Shown: piece after piece, positions 40,924 through 53,400 of the stretch
Layout: every line of letters starts with the position of its first letter
Position numbering within the stretch: the first letter of the stretch is position 1
NCBI GenBank assembly: GCA_964057225.1
Contig: OZ059899.1
Coordinates: forward strand, 11,594,001 to 11,658,000
Reading direction: 5' to 3'
DNA length: 64,000 bases
DNA from: Auanema rhodensis
Taxonomy: Eukaryota; Animalia; Nematoda
Translations under genes and position numbers: made by a program
Notes under the pieces: generated by a model
Databases searched by the model: none
What the model was told of the DNA's origin: nothing
What the model saw: the letters and a program-made list of their open reading frames with translations, nothing else

Positions 40924-42546
40924 TTAGGCACGAATTTCCGAATTAATTGCTTCAATAGAATTCCACTTTTTCATTGTTTGTTGTGACATAGATCTTCTAC
41001 GGGTGAATTTAGTAGGCATAGGAACAGCGTTTCGCCCTCTAGAATATAGACCTCTCATATACATACATGTTTCGTATAATATCTACCTAAGTCGTGCACT
41101 TTGCATAGAGCTACCGCTTTCGGATGAACCGGAACAAATAGCACTGTCATCATCCTTCCTGGTGTTTCCAGTTAGGCACATCATGGATCTGAGCAGATTT
41201 GTTTGGAAACTGTTTTGCACTGATTACATACCCAACAATATTTCTATTTTTCAACAGTATCTTCTCTGGAGCAGCTTTAGCAGCACTTCGAGTAACGTAT
41301 GAAGGGTAATAATCAGCAATCATCTCAGGTGTAACATCTGCTGGGTTAGTTGATACCAAAACAGAGGGGGCAATTGAATTGCGGACCTGAAGACGACTAT
41401 ACATGAAATACCTATCAAGGAAAAAATTACATTAATTGGAAGAGAAGCGAACTGTTTATCGGTGGGGTGAATAAACTCGCATCGGGTACCATATGGACAC
41501 GTTGCCCGTGAGCCATTACCGAAATTCTTACATAGCCTGGTCTTGTATCTGGAGTTCATAACTTTCTGCAAAAATTAAACAAATTAATCGAGAAGTCTTC
41601 AATATAGTTTCACTTGTTCAACTTGACGCAATTCTTCCATTCCGTGGGCAAATTTGCATTTTCTACCCATTTCACATTCTTTTCCAGCTGTGAATGTAGA
41701 GCACATCCTAGTTTTGTAATTTTGTGGATATACAGTTGTTCTCTGATGAGTTACTTCTACTTGCTAAAACTATCTTTCTTACAAGTTAAATTAGGAAGTA
41801 ATTACCTCCATTGGTCTTTCACTATCACAAATAGTCTCGTCAGCGGCATCGACAGATATCTTAGAAACATCCGCAAGTACGATATCTGGCTCCACATTTC
41901 TGAATATAAGAAGGTGTACAATATCAAACCATTGAAATATATATAAACTTACTTGTGATACTTCATATGAGCTGACCGAATATTTTGATATGGAACTTGA
42001 TTAGTCAGTGGGGGAGGACAAGTGATATACTCAGTTGGAGGAAGAGGAGTAGAAGTAAGTAGAGGACCAACACCGGTATTTTGGCCTTATGAGCGAGCAA
42101 TAGATACAATAACTACAAATAAAAGCTTACTGTCATGTGTAATTTGCCCATTTTGTAAGGTAGTGGTTGGGGGGTGCATGTACATATTCTCATAGTAAAT
42201 TTGCTGTGGGGTTGGAGCAGCTCCATAGATAGAGGAGGCATAAGCTGGGTGAGTAGCTATATGTGGCTGAGGTAAGTAGACATAAGATTGCGCTGAACAT
42301 CGGAGAAATATCATATATAAAAAAAACTAAGCTTACGCATTGGAAAAACAATCGGTTGCTGCGGCCCTGTCATAACGTATTGTTGATCTCCTGAGTAATA
42401 CGAGGGTTGGTACTGCTGGTATGGAACAGAGCCATGTGATGGAAGTGAAGCGTAGTAATACTGAAGACAATTTGTACGTTTTCACAATATAATGATCTTA
42501 CCTGTTGTTCCATATTAGCAGTTTGGGTCTGTGCAGAAGGATGCAT
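40924..42546 (-). CDS. mex-5: Tandem CCCH zinc-finger RNA-binding protein, MEX-5/MEX-6 orthologue
   Basis: Q/Y/P-rich N-terminus and an LTSTPLP motif. Fingers NYKTRMCSTFTAGKECEMGRKCKFAHG and RYKTRLCKNFGNGSRATCPYGTRCEFIHP. C-terminal KILLKNRNIVGSMMCL and RRRSMS..KKWNS match the MEX-5 tail. mex-5 and mex-6 cannot be distinguished. Confidence 0.88.
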
Positions 42547-42873
42547 TATTCCGTCTGCTCCCTAACGAAATCTGAAGAATTAGAGTTAATAATTAGCAAA
42601 TACATAAAGAGATAAATGCTCAATAACTATAAGAAATAATAGCTGCTCTATGAAGTGAATATTGGATTCACCTGACTTGCTATATCATTACAGAAAGGCG
42701 GGAGGGCGGCAATATAGATCAGCGCGAGCAGATCAAATTAGTGCACATAACAGATCAATTCAACTTTTTTCTTATAAATATCATACAATGTATAGTTTAG
42801 GTGGATTACCGATAAGAAAACTCAATTATGGAATCAACAATTTTTATTTGAGAACAAAGAAACGTGAACGGAC

Positions 42874-43387
42874 TCAGTTAGCCTGTTTCTTCTTCTCTTC
42901 TTCGGCCTTTTGGAGAGTCTCGTTAGAAACGAAGTCGGAAGGAACAAGGTATCCAAAGATGTAACGACGTCCAATCATTTCTCCGACAAAGAACCAAGCA
43001 ACAATCTTAACACTTTTGTTTTAAACGCTCTATTTATATATTTACCTCGAGTGCAACAGCAGCGTAGACAGCAGCTTCGCGAACGGTGTATTGACGATAG
43101 GCTTTGGTTTGAATATTTTGAACGACAGCCTTCCATTCTTTCTAAATCAGAAAAAAATGTACAATATAACTTTGTTCTAAACCTGGATAGCTGGCCAATC
43201 AGCTTGCTTGGGGGGAGCAAGTTCGTGTTTCCAAACTGATCTAAGAATGGCTGCTCTGCGAGGAAACTGGGCCTAGAAAAAATATTAGAAATTAAATTCG
43301 TTAAATCCAAATAACCTTCTGGTGTCTATAAATAGCTCCAAAAGAATTGGCTAGCTTTTCGATCATATTCATTTGACGAGTAGCCAT
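42874..43387 (-). CDS. Mitochondrial ATP synthase subunit g (asg-1/asg-2 type)
   Basis: Four exons give MATRQMNMIEKLANSFGAIYRHQK|AQFPRRAAILRSVWKHELAPPKQADWPAIQ|KEWKAVV...TVREAAVYAAVALE|IVAWFFVGEMIGRRYIFGYLVP, containing the WFFVGEMIGRR GxxxG signature. Confidence 0.95.
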
Positions 43388-43611
43388 CTTTTTCAACGTT
43401 CTGTAATAAATATTATAAACGAGAGTCTTAATCATGCAGATAAAGAGGTTGAGAACCTCTGGAAGTGAAAGATGCGAAAAATTGAAAAAAAAATCATATA
43501 TACACAACGCAAAAAAAGACAACAATAATAAAATTAGTAAACTGAAAATGTCCTGAGTTAATATTAAATGGTAATATTACAAGGTATTAACATCAGTATT
43601 GGAAAAAAAAT
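43388..43611 (-). other. Operon-type intercistronic region, innexin to ATP synthase g
   Basis: 224 bp from stop to next ATG, with U-rich tracts and the acceptor ttattacag about 13 nt before the ATG. Confidence 0.6.
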
Positions 43612-45585
43612 TTAGTTTTTCAGCTTGTTGTGAACCATAACAACATGGTTCCGAGCATCTGGTGAACATAAACTAAAAACATAATTTAAGGAATATCACC
43701 AATTGCATACACTTACGCTGAATTCATTTGCAAAGTTGAATCTTTTGAGTTTTCATGTGATAATTCGGGTGCAGATGCATGGGGTCCACAGCTCGGCTGA
43801 ATGAATAAATATGATAACGTAGACAAAAGAGATATTACTCCACGGCTTGACGACCTCGGAATTCTAGATCCCCAGGTAGGATATAAGTTGTCCCAATGAT
43901 CATCATCATTTTCATCAATTATGCTAGAGCTAGAAAAATCATAGCTAGATTGCAACAATATTCCTAACCATTTTTTTATAGAACAACCAGCATCCTCGAT
44001 CTTATCAGAAGATAAGTTCCGGTTAGATGTAGTCATAGAATTCAATATTAGCTTAGCTATTTCATAAGTCATCAAGCCACCTGCCTGCTTCTCAATGAAT
44101 TGTAGCAAAAGTATTCCATCAGCCCTTGAAAAGGAAAAAGACAATATGTTAAATAATGTTTAACATACCCCAAATAATTATGAGCTTGCTTAGCAAATCG
44201 ATCAGTGGACCAGGCTGGAACGATGAATCGAAGCTAGAAAAGAAAAGTTAGTAGTTAATTGAAACTAAGAAAAATTATACCGGCACCAAATAGTTAATTG
44301 AACGAATGCGATAACTCCGAAAGCATAAAAATATTAAGTAACGAAGTAACGATAGAATATTAGCGGAAGTAATCAGTAAGAGCCAGAAGTAAAGAAAGAC
44401 ATATATTTTCTCATTTATATAGTTGAGCATCAATACACACTGCATATTGACAGGGTGTACAGCACCTACTTGCTTTAAAAAATGTTATATACAAAAAAAG
44501 TAATATTTCATATACCGCTTGATCAACTACGCATTGAACAATTCGAGGGAAAGCACCTTCAGATGGCGCTATTCTAGAACTACCGATAACATGTGCCAAA
44601 ACCTTAGAAAAATCATATTTCGATTTCCATGATCGTACAAAATATTAGGTACCTCAAAGCCCCAGTAGTAATCACCACCACCCACAAACTGTGACAACAA
44701 GTACCATTGTCCCCCGGAATTCAACAATATCAAGAATTTACAAAAAGAGTAGTTCAAGCAAAATGAATATTCTCCAAAAACAGCTCTAAAATTTAAATTT
44801 ATAAACTTCTGCTAATGATAAATTATTACTTTGATTTATTCCACTTCAAAGTGCGTGAGATGAAAGAAGATAAAATTGTCAAGGAATTCTTTCTTTCTTT
44901 ACCAAGGTTTTCTCTTAGTCTACTAACTTCTGCTAATACATGACCAATATCACATCCTGAAAACCGTAATCATTGTAGTCATCTAGTAATATGTCCTACC
45001 TTTACTAAGATAATTTCCTATGCACTTTCCAATTACACTAGGAGCCAGAAAGCACAGAGCTTGCAAAAACAAAACATATGGAACCCACTTTAAAAAATTT
45101 ATTTCGGAAGTTTTGAGACAAAACGATGCAAACCTGATAGTATGCCACACGTAAGTTCTCGTTGGGATTAATTTTCCTAAATTGAAAACAAAACTCTGAG
45201 AATCAAAATACAAAATCCTACCTCTCAAATCTCGAATTGTAAAAGTTCCAATTTTTCAAAACTATTTTTTCTTGAATAAAGCAGTAATCATGATAATAAT
45301 TCACCCAAGAATCTAAATGAAAAGGTAACGGAACATAACATAGAGTTTAATACAATACCCGAACTCTCGGCTGGCGCTATACATTGAATTGGATTTCCAA
45401 AATGTTGTTTTGATCCAGTTAATAAAGCAAAAAAACCAAGAATATATACGGTAATTCCATAATTCAATTGGTCGATAACGTCATCAGTATTTGAACCTTC
45501 TTGTCTCTTGAATATAGGAACATTGAAAGTGGATGAAAGCTTTTACCTGAGTAATTAAATCAATAATTCCAGCAATGTTAAGCAT
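43612..45585 (-). CDS. Innexin (gap-junction subunit), divergent, possibly germline inx-14/21/22-like
   Basis: 12 exons. Motifs DDVIDQLNYGITV, SKQHFGNPIQC, SWVNYYHDYCF, YYQWVPYVLFLQALCFLAP, FPRIVQC, QCVLMLNYINEKIYVFLYFW and YLGADGILLL. The subfamily call is tentative. Confidence 0.92.
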
Positions 45586-45745
45586 TATAGAACGAACTAA
45601 AAGACTATACTACAACAATCAAAGAAACTAGAACAAACCGTTAAAGTGAAAAAGATAGTTCTCACAGCTATAGGACTACAAAAAAGGTGAAATTTAAAAA
45701 ACTAAATTCAGTTAAAGGTTGAAGGAAGCAGACCTTTACCTGTCT

Positions 45746-45760
45746 GGCGCGAAATTCAGA
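45746..45760 (-). promoter_or_regulatory. E2F/DP (EFL-1/DPL-1, DRM) site TTTCGCGCC with adjacent CHR-like element
   Basis: The + strand reads GGCGCGAAATTCAGA, a perfect TTTCGCGCC on the - strand, about 160 bp upstream of the innexin ATG in otherwise CpG-poor DNA. Confidence 0.6.
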
Positions 45761-48700
45761 ATAATGCCAACTCGGTGAAAATAGCTTTTGGAGTTCATGA
45801 TTTTTAAATATTAAATAAGATTTTATTTATTTGGTGTATAACAAAAGTACATAAATAAAAATATAAATTATAAAGCTTTCCCATACATAAGGAAGGCATA
45901 TGGAGAACATTAAACAGTTGGCTGTAATTGGGCCATACCGATTGTTGGAGCTTTCGTAAAAAAGAGAAGAACGCTTTTTTTTCTACACAAATATTAACTA
46001 CAAACTTGAAATAGCTCACAAATCTCGAAATCAGTTACACAGATGTCTTTTAAATCATTTAATCGTTCCAAAAAACCTGAGGAAACAATAATATAAACAG
46101 AAACAAAAATCTATGCATTATCCTAGATCATGTAAATGTGTATTGCATGAAAAATTGTTTTACCTATATTTTTCACATGTCGATGTTCCAGCCTGTCATT
46201 AACACCAGAAACAGCTTACTTTGAATTTTTCGATTTTTTTCTCGTTTACGCTATACTAGGATCTAGTAACTCTATGATGATATATTAATAATTTCCATTA
46301 AGCTCACTTGTGAACTGAAATACCATGAAAGGAAAATTGAACAACGAACTAAATTGAGAAAAGAACAACATTATTCTGAAGTGCGTTCCCTTTAGTACCA
46401 ATTCAGGAAAAAATATAATCCCTTTAAGTTGTGAAAGAATATTCAGCTCGACCGAAACCCGAGAAGATTTAGCATATATAGCAAATTTTACTGCTACTGA
46501 TTGATTTTTTACCTTCCAAATATTTCCTTAATCATATATATTTTTGCAAAATCACACTTAATAAAGCATTATCAATTTCTTCTAGATCGTTCTAAGATTA
46601 ATAGAATAAAATGAAAGTTTACGAAAACTAAGCTTCCTCTCGGATAAGGAATATAATTTTCCAACAATTGATTTCGAAATTTCACCGGTGTATTCATTTC
46701 AGAGGATTTTGAAGAAAATGTTTCGATGACTGAGAATTCTAAAAACGTGAGTTTTCACGTACACATCACAGCATTTTCATTCTTTATTGAACATAAGCAC
46801 GGTCGGTTTTAATTTAGATTTTTATCTTTTATTACGAAAGACTTGCTCCAGAATGGGAAATAATAGCCTCGACCACAGAATTCAATTAATGGACGAAGGA
46901 CGTTTCTGAAAAATGTGAGTTTTACTTTGTTTTGCAGATGGTGTAAGAGTTGTTCTTTAACTTCAATTCAATTTCTGTCACTATTAGATATATAGAGAGA
47001 GAAAGTGAGAGAGTGCATTAAGCACGTACTTATGTAATCATCATATTTTTCTTATTTTTTATTATTTGAGAATAAATTCCTATATATAAGTACTGGCATT
47101 GGTTGATGTTAAGATGAGATATCCTATTCTTGACGGACGACAATACGAGAGAAGTTTAATCAAATTTCTCGCATTGGCACACTCTATCGTTGGCATTATC
47201 TCTCAGACGTCTGACGTTTCCCTTTTTGTATTGTGTCATGGAAACGCCGTTTATGGGCCTTGCCCTCTGCTGTTGCTTAAAGCTCTTCACTCCATTCCGT
47301 TTAAGAATGCTAGGCTGCCGAGCTGAGGTAGTGCTTGACACACTCCAGATTTGTTCAATTATACACAACACCCTATTCCTGTTTTTTGATTTTTGTCAGT
47401 TTCGTCATCGTGAATGGTAATAAGATAATCAATGCATTTTGAATTTCCTTTTATCCAATTCTGTTTTTGAAGGGTGCATACTAATTATTTTAGCTCGAGA
47501 AAATAGATGAAAATGAGTCTTTTGAATTTTGCATAGAACTGTAATTCATTATCCCCTTCTCGTTGTTCTTAAATAAGCCGAGTCAGTCATCTTGTCAGCT
47601 TCTGAAGGTGCAAAAACATCTCGAAATGGCTTCCAGCAGTTGCTTTTAATGGACATCCGACCAACCATTGGTCATTAGCTCCGCCTATTTCCCAAGAGAG
47701 GATCGTGTAGCTCCACCCCTCATTTTTCTTCACTCCATGTTAGCGCGACTATAGAAGCTGTTTCAGATATTATAGAGCTTGTAAATAAATTATCCATCTA
47801 TCAATTGCTACTTATTCTTATTTAAAAAATTTTTTTATTATATTCGAATATTTAATGTAATTTTCATTCATATTGTTTGTGAGCATTCATGAATTTGCTT
47901 TAAAGAAGTTTCTCCATCCATCAATACTCTTCTGTCATGAAATCTCTTGGCACTTAATCGTATGCGTGTTTCTCTTTCATCATAGGCTCTGCAAGCCTCA
48001 ATATTCTTTTGACTCAAAATATATTGAAAATTCATTTCTGTCCAGTTTTCTTCATCATTTTCTTCATCATGCAGCATGTCATAATGAATTTCAAAACTAT
48101 AAATGATCTGAAGACAACTTGGCCATAAATAATTCCAAACGCAAATATCACATTTACAATGTTGTTCTCTAAGAAAGTTGAAAAAAAAAACTTTTCAAAA
48201 AATAATTTGTGCAGAAGGTCTGAAATATTGCATTAAAAGATGATGAATGAGGATTCATCTTGGCCTATTTAGCAGCTCATTTGTTGTTTTTCTGAGCCAG
48301 AGGTCATCTATCCTCATGCAGCAGTGAATCTGTGACAACGATCAATTTTATGACAATATGAAGGCGAGGATTAAATTAGACAACGTGCTTTTCAGTGATT
48401 TATTCATTTTTTTTTGAGTTTATTGATTTTCTTAATGGGTCACATTCGGATCTTGTAGTATTTCGCTCCTATGACCATTCACTCTTGTCAGCATTACAGC
48501 TTTGAACATATTAATGAGTAACAGATTGAGCACGGCACATTGCCGTTCTACTTACCCGTCAATGTTTGCGTGCCCATTCAACTAAATTAATTTATTCTCC
48601 ATTTTTGAACATATTCCTTTTATTCTAAATCTTTGTATATTCAATTGTCAATGTTAGATTGCGCATCCTCTTGCACTTATTGAAAATAGTTCCGAAGATT

Positions 48701-50407
48701 TCATCCAATTGTGTAACTTACTGTTTCACTTTTTTTTCTCTGTACAAGATCGTTAAAACAAATGCTTTTTTGCTCACACGTATTTTGTATTTGTTGCTCG
48801 GATTAATAGCAAAAGTCAATATACTGTCTTTGATTTACAATTTTTTGCTGCTAGAATGTAGAAGTGACCATTATGTACTTAGAAAACAAAATTTTACTCT
48901 TCCATTCAATGACCGCACTATACTCTCAAGATTTTGGTAACTTGAACCCCTGTGTGTTGGTAGTTTCTAGCTTAACCTTATGAGCCATCATATCATGCTT
49001 TCAATTTCTATTCTCTTCACGTTGTCATCGGTTGACTTAATCCATCATCCGCCATGCGGTATTCGTTCATCCATAAAAGGATATATGGCATACTGAAGAT
49101 CGAAATACATCCTCTTCCTTTCAGTCCTTACGGGCTACATAGTGTAAGTAATAGCATTTCGTTGTTCAACATTCCCGAGCGTAAGGTTATGCTAGTTGAC
49201 AGCTAACCGGATATTTAAAATGAATTATGCCCATTTTTATTAATAGTCATATGCAGTAAGATCTTTAATATTTTTATATCAAGTTTAGCTAGATAGTATA
49301 ACATGAGGCAGGTGGAGAGAGGTTTCCAAAATTGTTCTCTATAATATACCAGCTGCATACAATTTCCGTAAAGGCTCTCATAATCGCTTGTTTGCAACTT
49401 CATGTTTTTTTTCACTTTCCTTGCTTTATTTAAGTTATTTCTTAAGATCGAAATGAAAATCTATAACTTTCTTTGCTTTCATCTTGTTATTGTTGGAAAA
49501 ACCAACATTGATTTTAATATAATCAAGAAATAATTACATTAGATAAATGAATAATATATTAGATTCTTAACCACATATATAGAGCAGAAAATAATAAAGT
49601 TGCTTAGTTTGAGCGTTCTGCAGACTGCTACTACTCACTCACGTAATGTGCTCTATATCAATGAAGCATCTGATGTCTATGGTTTGAAGCCAATTAGAGC
49701 ATTATATCGCTGTGTATTAGGGGAAATACAAGATAGGCAACTAACTCTACATACAAGTAGAGAGATAGACCCCTTTGTAGTAGATATACTAAATAGATCT
49801 TGGAGAGTGAGTTGGTGACGCAGAGACTGGTCACTTGGCACGCGCCGTTGAGCCTGCATGACCTCCAGCAACAGACTGAGATGTGTCTCACCCTCTTGTT
49901 CCTTACTCTCTTTCTAAATTGAGAAAGCTACTGAATGAGTTTAGATGCATGGAGTTCAAAAAGTTCTTCTTCAATGCATACGCCAGGAAATCTTGAATTG
50001 AAGAAATTGTAATCAAGAATCAGCAAGAATGCGACATCAACTGAATACTCCAGTAACTGCGTATTCCAGTGAAATTCGCAAACAAATAAGAGTCATTGAG
50101 ATTATAGTATAGTAATAGCCAAAATCTGCTCGAATTAAACTGTTTTTTCTATCCAAACAAAAAAAAAATAGAATAGTGATTGTTGTCCTCTTTATCCCAG
50201 TAATTATCGCAGTTTTGCTCACTTGCTCTCTTCCTTTTTTTGTGTGCTAAAAATATATGTTTATTAATATTTTTATATTGTCTATATATTATAAATATAT
50301 ACATATTTCGGTTAAAATATATAATTGGTTTATAAATCTTGTTCAGGTTGGAGTCAGCTTATTAGCATGTGCACAACACATATCAGAATTATCTCTTAGA
50401 AATAGCT

Positions 50408-53400
50408 ATGGCCAAAATTAAGCAAGTAGTCTTGCTTTTGCTTATTTCACATTTCATCGTTGCGTTGAAGGAATACAATAATGAATTGGTTAGTTAGCTT
50501 CTTTATTCTTTCTTTTTTTGTTATCATTAATCAATAGTAAGCTTTTGAATGTTTCTATTTACTTTCTAATGTATTAGATGAAATGAAAAAGAAATTATTT
50601 TAATTGACGGATCTCAACATGATTGTGTTTATATGAGTCTTTTCCAAACAATTCTTCCAGTCATGACATAAAAGAGTCATAACAGCATTTCATTATTTGA
50701 CTGCTGTTGCCTATTATCTTAATTAGCCGTAATAAGATTAATCAAAAGGGGATTTGCCGTTTTGGGATTGATCACTTGCGTAACTGACGAATGCGAAAGC
50801 GTGAAAAGGTGCACAGCAGGAACCGCCAATTTTCCTTGAAAGCAACAACTTGCTCCTCTTTTGTACCTATAGCGGGTTATTAGGCTAGCTCTAATTACAT
50901 CTTTTCCTCGTTATTTACATCGGTTTCCCTGCTTTTTAGTCAAATGTGAGCATTTTTTTCTCCATTTTTTGGAGTCAATAATGCTGAGTATATTTAACTT
51001 CTAAATAAGATATGGATATTACCTTCAGTTATTTATGAGTTTCTCGTTTGTTAGTGTATGAAAGTGAAAAAGTAATTTTTATAATCAAATAGTTGGGTCA
51101 GATGGAATGAGGCCTGCTGCTGTTGTGGATGCCGACAACGACATCTGCTCCTTCTTGGCTCCATTCTTTACCTCTTCATAAACTAGTGTATTTCTATTGT
51201 TGAGTAGTAAGATGGTAATACTAAAACGAGAAATGGACATCAGTTTACCACCCAAATCTTAGATACATAGCTTCACCGCACTTCAGAAATATTATTTCTC
51301 TTAGTGACAGATGCTGTTTGTTTAAATACATACAACATGCATATATCGTCCAGTTTATGTTAAACATAAAATTTAGTATAATGATAATTGTAGTCTATAG
51401 ATTTCAACTTAAAATTATGCTTTTTTTAATTCAAAAGAATCAGCTCTTAGTCTTATGAAACTAAGAGTTTGAAATATCTATTATTTGCATCACCTGTATG
51501 ATCACAGGATGGTTATGGTTACAGAAGGCGAGAAACGGATAATTTACCTTGCTTCCATTTACAAACCTTATGATTTGTAATGTATATCTCATGAGATGTA
51601 ATTCAATCCAATCCATATGTACTATGCAAGAGCGTTCAATTTTGTAACTTTGACTAACTGTGTTGGGATAAGCTTGAAGCATGAAGCTCAACTAGAGAAC
51701 AGCTAGGCAATGAATATGAGAATTATTCCCAAATATATTTGAAGTACTACTACATATGTATTGGTTTATTGATAGAAACTGAATAAAAGAGAGAAAAGAC
51801 AGTTTCCGCTGTTCATAAAGCAATCATGTTCTATCACATTCGACAATGATGTTGTCGACAGACAATATTAGCAATAAGAGTCCACATATTGAGCCAATAT
51901 ATATGTTCGGTCTAATGGAGAAAGATGATTTGAAAGATATGCAGATTTTCCTTCAAGCAAGGAGATCGTATCTAAAAGCTATGATGCTCAACCTTCAAGC
52001 ATGAATGAACCATAACAAGCTTCAAACATAACGGAAGCTTGCAAGCATTAATCATCATGCGTTTTCAATGACAACGCAGGGATATGCTGCACAATAAGAA
52101 AATCTATCCATCTTTTCAATGAAGGAAGCATATTGGAGAGATGACCAAACAAAGCCATTACCAATCTGAATGTGAGCTTCTAAGGAAAACAGGTGAACTA
52201 GACGAAAACTCCTTGTTCCTCAGGGCTGTTCAGGCAGCCGTTGTTGTTTAAAGTCGTCAACATAGAAAATACGCATTTTCAACTTACTTTTATGACGTAA
52301 AGGGAAAAAATAAATAAATATGGCTATATATAACTGTTTCCTTTTTATTTTAATACAATATTTCAGAGAGCAAAGTATACGATTAATGAAAATGTTCCGC
52401 AAGGCTGGCTAGTTGCTGATCTAGTTTTGAATAATTTAGCTAGTGTTGGAAGCTTAAGGAAATGGGAAACCTACTTACCATTTGAGCTTACTTCTAAATA
52501 CCAGGTAATACAAGTTTAAATTATTAACTCTTCTACAAATTTACTTCAACTTCAGTTAATCACAAAAAAGTCCGTTAAAAGTTTATCTGGTGAAACTATA
52601 TCGTTAAACTTAACTAGAAAAGATGGTAAAAGTATATCAATTTACGTGGAAATTACCGACCGGTACACATACTTTTAATATTTTCATTTAAAACTTCTAA
52701 ATTTAGACAAGTCGGCTGTAGCCAGAATGTTTATTATGCCAATATTCCTGACTGGAATCAATCACCTTATATTGTGAATTTCAATCATCCAATCACAACC
52801 GCGGAACCTATATTCCATGACTTAGAGTTCAAAAGCTTATCTGTCAACAATGAAATAGAGATCGTATTGAAAACAGCATCTAATAAATACCATAACGTCA
52901 CGGTATTATGCGTATATTAAGTTACTTCATTAACTATTTTAAATTTTCAGGTTCTCATGTTATATAAAACACTTCCACATGATAATATCCATACGAAAGA
53001 ACATGAGATATTTATTGGAGCATTTGACAAATGGCTAGAGGACGATATCCCACTAGCTATATGCAAAGTAATACTTTTCAGAATTTCGTTTTTAATTTAT
53101 TGCTTTCAGTTAAAATTGGAAACTTATCCATCTGTGTTGCCAATTTTCAAAAAAAGGTTTTATGTCTATGATATAGAAAAGATGTCAGACGGGAAATTTC
53201 TTCCAATTCCAATAGATACAAAGTGAGTTCAAAGAGATTACTTTATTTCTGTGTCAATAGAATTTCAACTGGTCCCACCACGGTAATAAGATTTTGTGTT
53301 CATACATATTATTTGATATGATTTTATATATATAATTTTAATTTTCCGAAACCTTGTAAGCTAGTTTCTCTAATCTTTTAATATAAGATATAAGCATATC

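Noticed and set aside
47324-47345. TGAGGTAG let-7-family seed-like sequence
   Set aside because: No complementary star arm nearby to form a pre-miRNA hairpin.
47758-48728. CTGTTTCA piRNA (Ruby) motif occurrences
   Set aside because: Only two isolated copies here and a few in exons elsewhere, with no clustering above chance.
52190-52285. Possible RTE-type reverse transcriptase relic in cadherin intron 1
   Set aside because: The resemblance is limited to a few residues across stops and frameshifts, which is not supportable without a search.
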